64,000 nucleotides of DNA from positions 50,470,001 through 50,534,000 of the forward strand of contig NC_087447.1 in the NCBI RefSeq assembly GCF_036321535.1. Reading direction: 5' to 3'. The notes under the pieces are model-generated. The model worked only from the letters and a program-made list of their open reading frames with translations, did no database searches and was not told the DNA's origin. The position numbers and the translations under genes were made by a program. The stretch is from Camelus dromedarius. Taxonomy: Eukaryota. Shown here piece after piece: positions 63,570 to 64,000 of this stretch; positions within the stretch are counted from its first letter, which is position 1, and the number at the start of each line of letters is the position of its first letter.

Positions 63570-64000
63570 GTAACTCTAGGCTCAAAACCTCCAAGGGCTC
63601 CTTAATTCATTTAGGGCAAAAATCAAAGTCCTTACAACGGCCCATTAAGGTCTGGCAAACTGGCCCAGGAATTGCCCTGCCCTCGTGCTCCTGTCCCCTT
63701 TCTCCACCCCAACTGGCCAGGTAGGCTCCACCTTACAGCCTTTGCCCTGGTTGTTCCCCCCGGCCAGGAACAGCCCCCCCCCACAGATTTATTTATGTGG
63801 CTAACTACCTCACCCCTTTAATCCTTGACTCAAATGTCCGCTTCCAAGGAGCCCTAAACCAACCATTCTATTTAAAATTGTAACCCACTCCCCACCCCTC
63901 CCCCCACAAGCCCCCTTGCACTACTCTGTTTTTATCCATAGTGCTTATCACCTCCTAACACCCACTACGTTTGCTCCCTCTACTAGAAGGCAAGTTTCAT
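63570..64000 (+). mobile_element. L2 fragment
   Basis: ctcaaaacctccaagggctcc...aaagtccttacaacggccc...ctagaaggcaagtttcat. Confidence 0.65.

Noticed and set aside
1..64000. CRISPR arrays, tRNA or rRNA genes, prokaryotic systems
   Set aside because: None seen; the spliced gene and the mammalian LINE/SINE content show this is mammalian nuclear DNA.

Overview
Mammalian genomic DNA, most likely a cetartiodactyl. The young L1 3' UTR type and the apparent absence of ruminant, pig or whale SINEs point to a camelid, which is an inference. The main feature is a minus-strand olfactory receptor guanylyl cyclase GC-D gene (rodent Gucy2d; human orthologue GUCY2EP, not human GUCY2D/retGC-1). I reconstructed 18 coding exons by hand between 44123 and 6898, plus a tentative 7-nt first coding exon at 47148-47154, giving about 1118 codons with every exon phase in register. 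The gene is a unitary pseudogene. It has four clear in-frame stops (43612, 43501, 37430, 29102), a probable fifth (44119), a GT>GG donor after exon 3, and RYCLF>RYGLS in the catalytic site, but no frameshifts. Upstream lie a PIGP processed pseudogene with TSDs (48205-49023) and an ERVL LTR plus internal fragment. The rest is L1, L2, MIR, MLT1, hAT elements and microsatellites. I see no evidence of a wholly new biological system. The most interesting signals are the lineage-specific loss of GC-D, a CpG-rich TCTCGCGAGA (BANP-type) element inside an ancient intronic L2, and a 36-nt direct repeat at the left end. Comparisons with rodent and human proteins and all repeat family names are from memory, not database searches.
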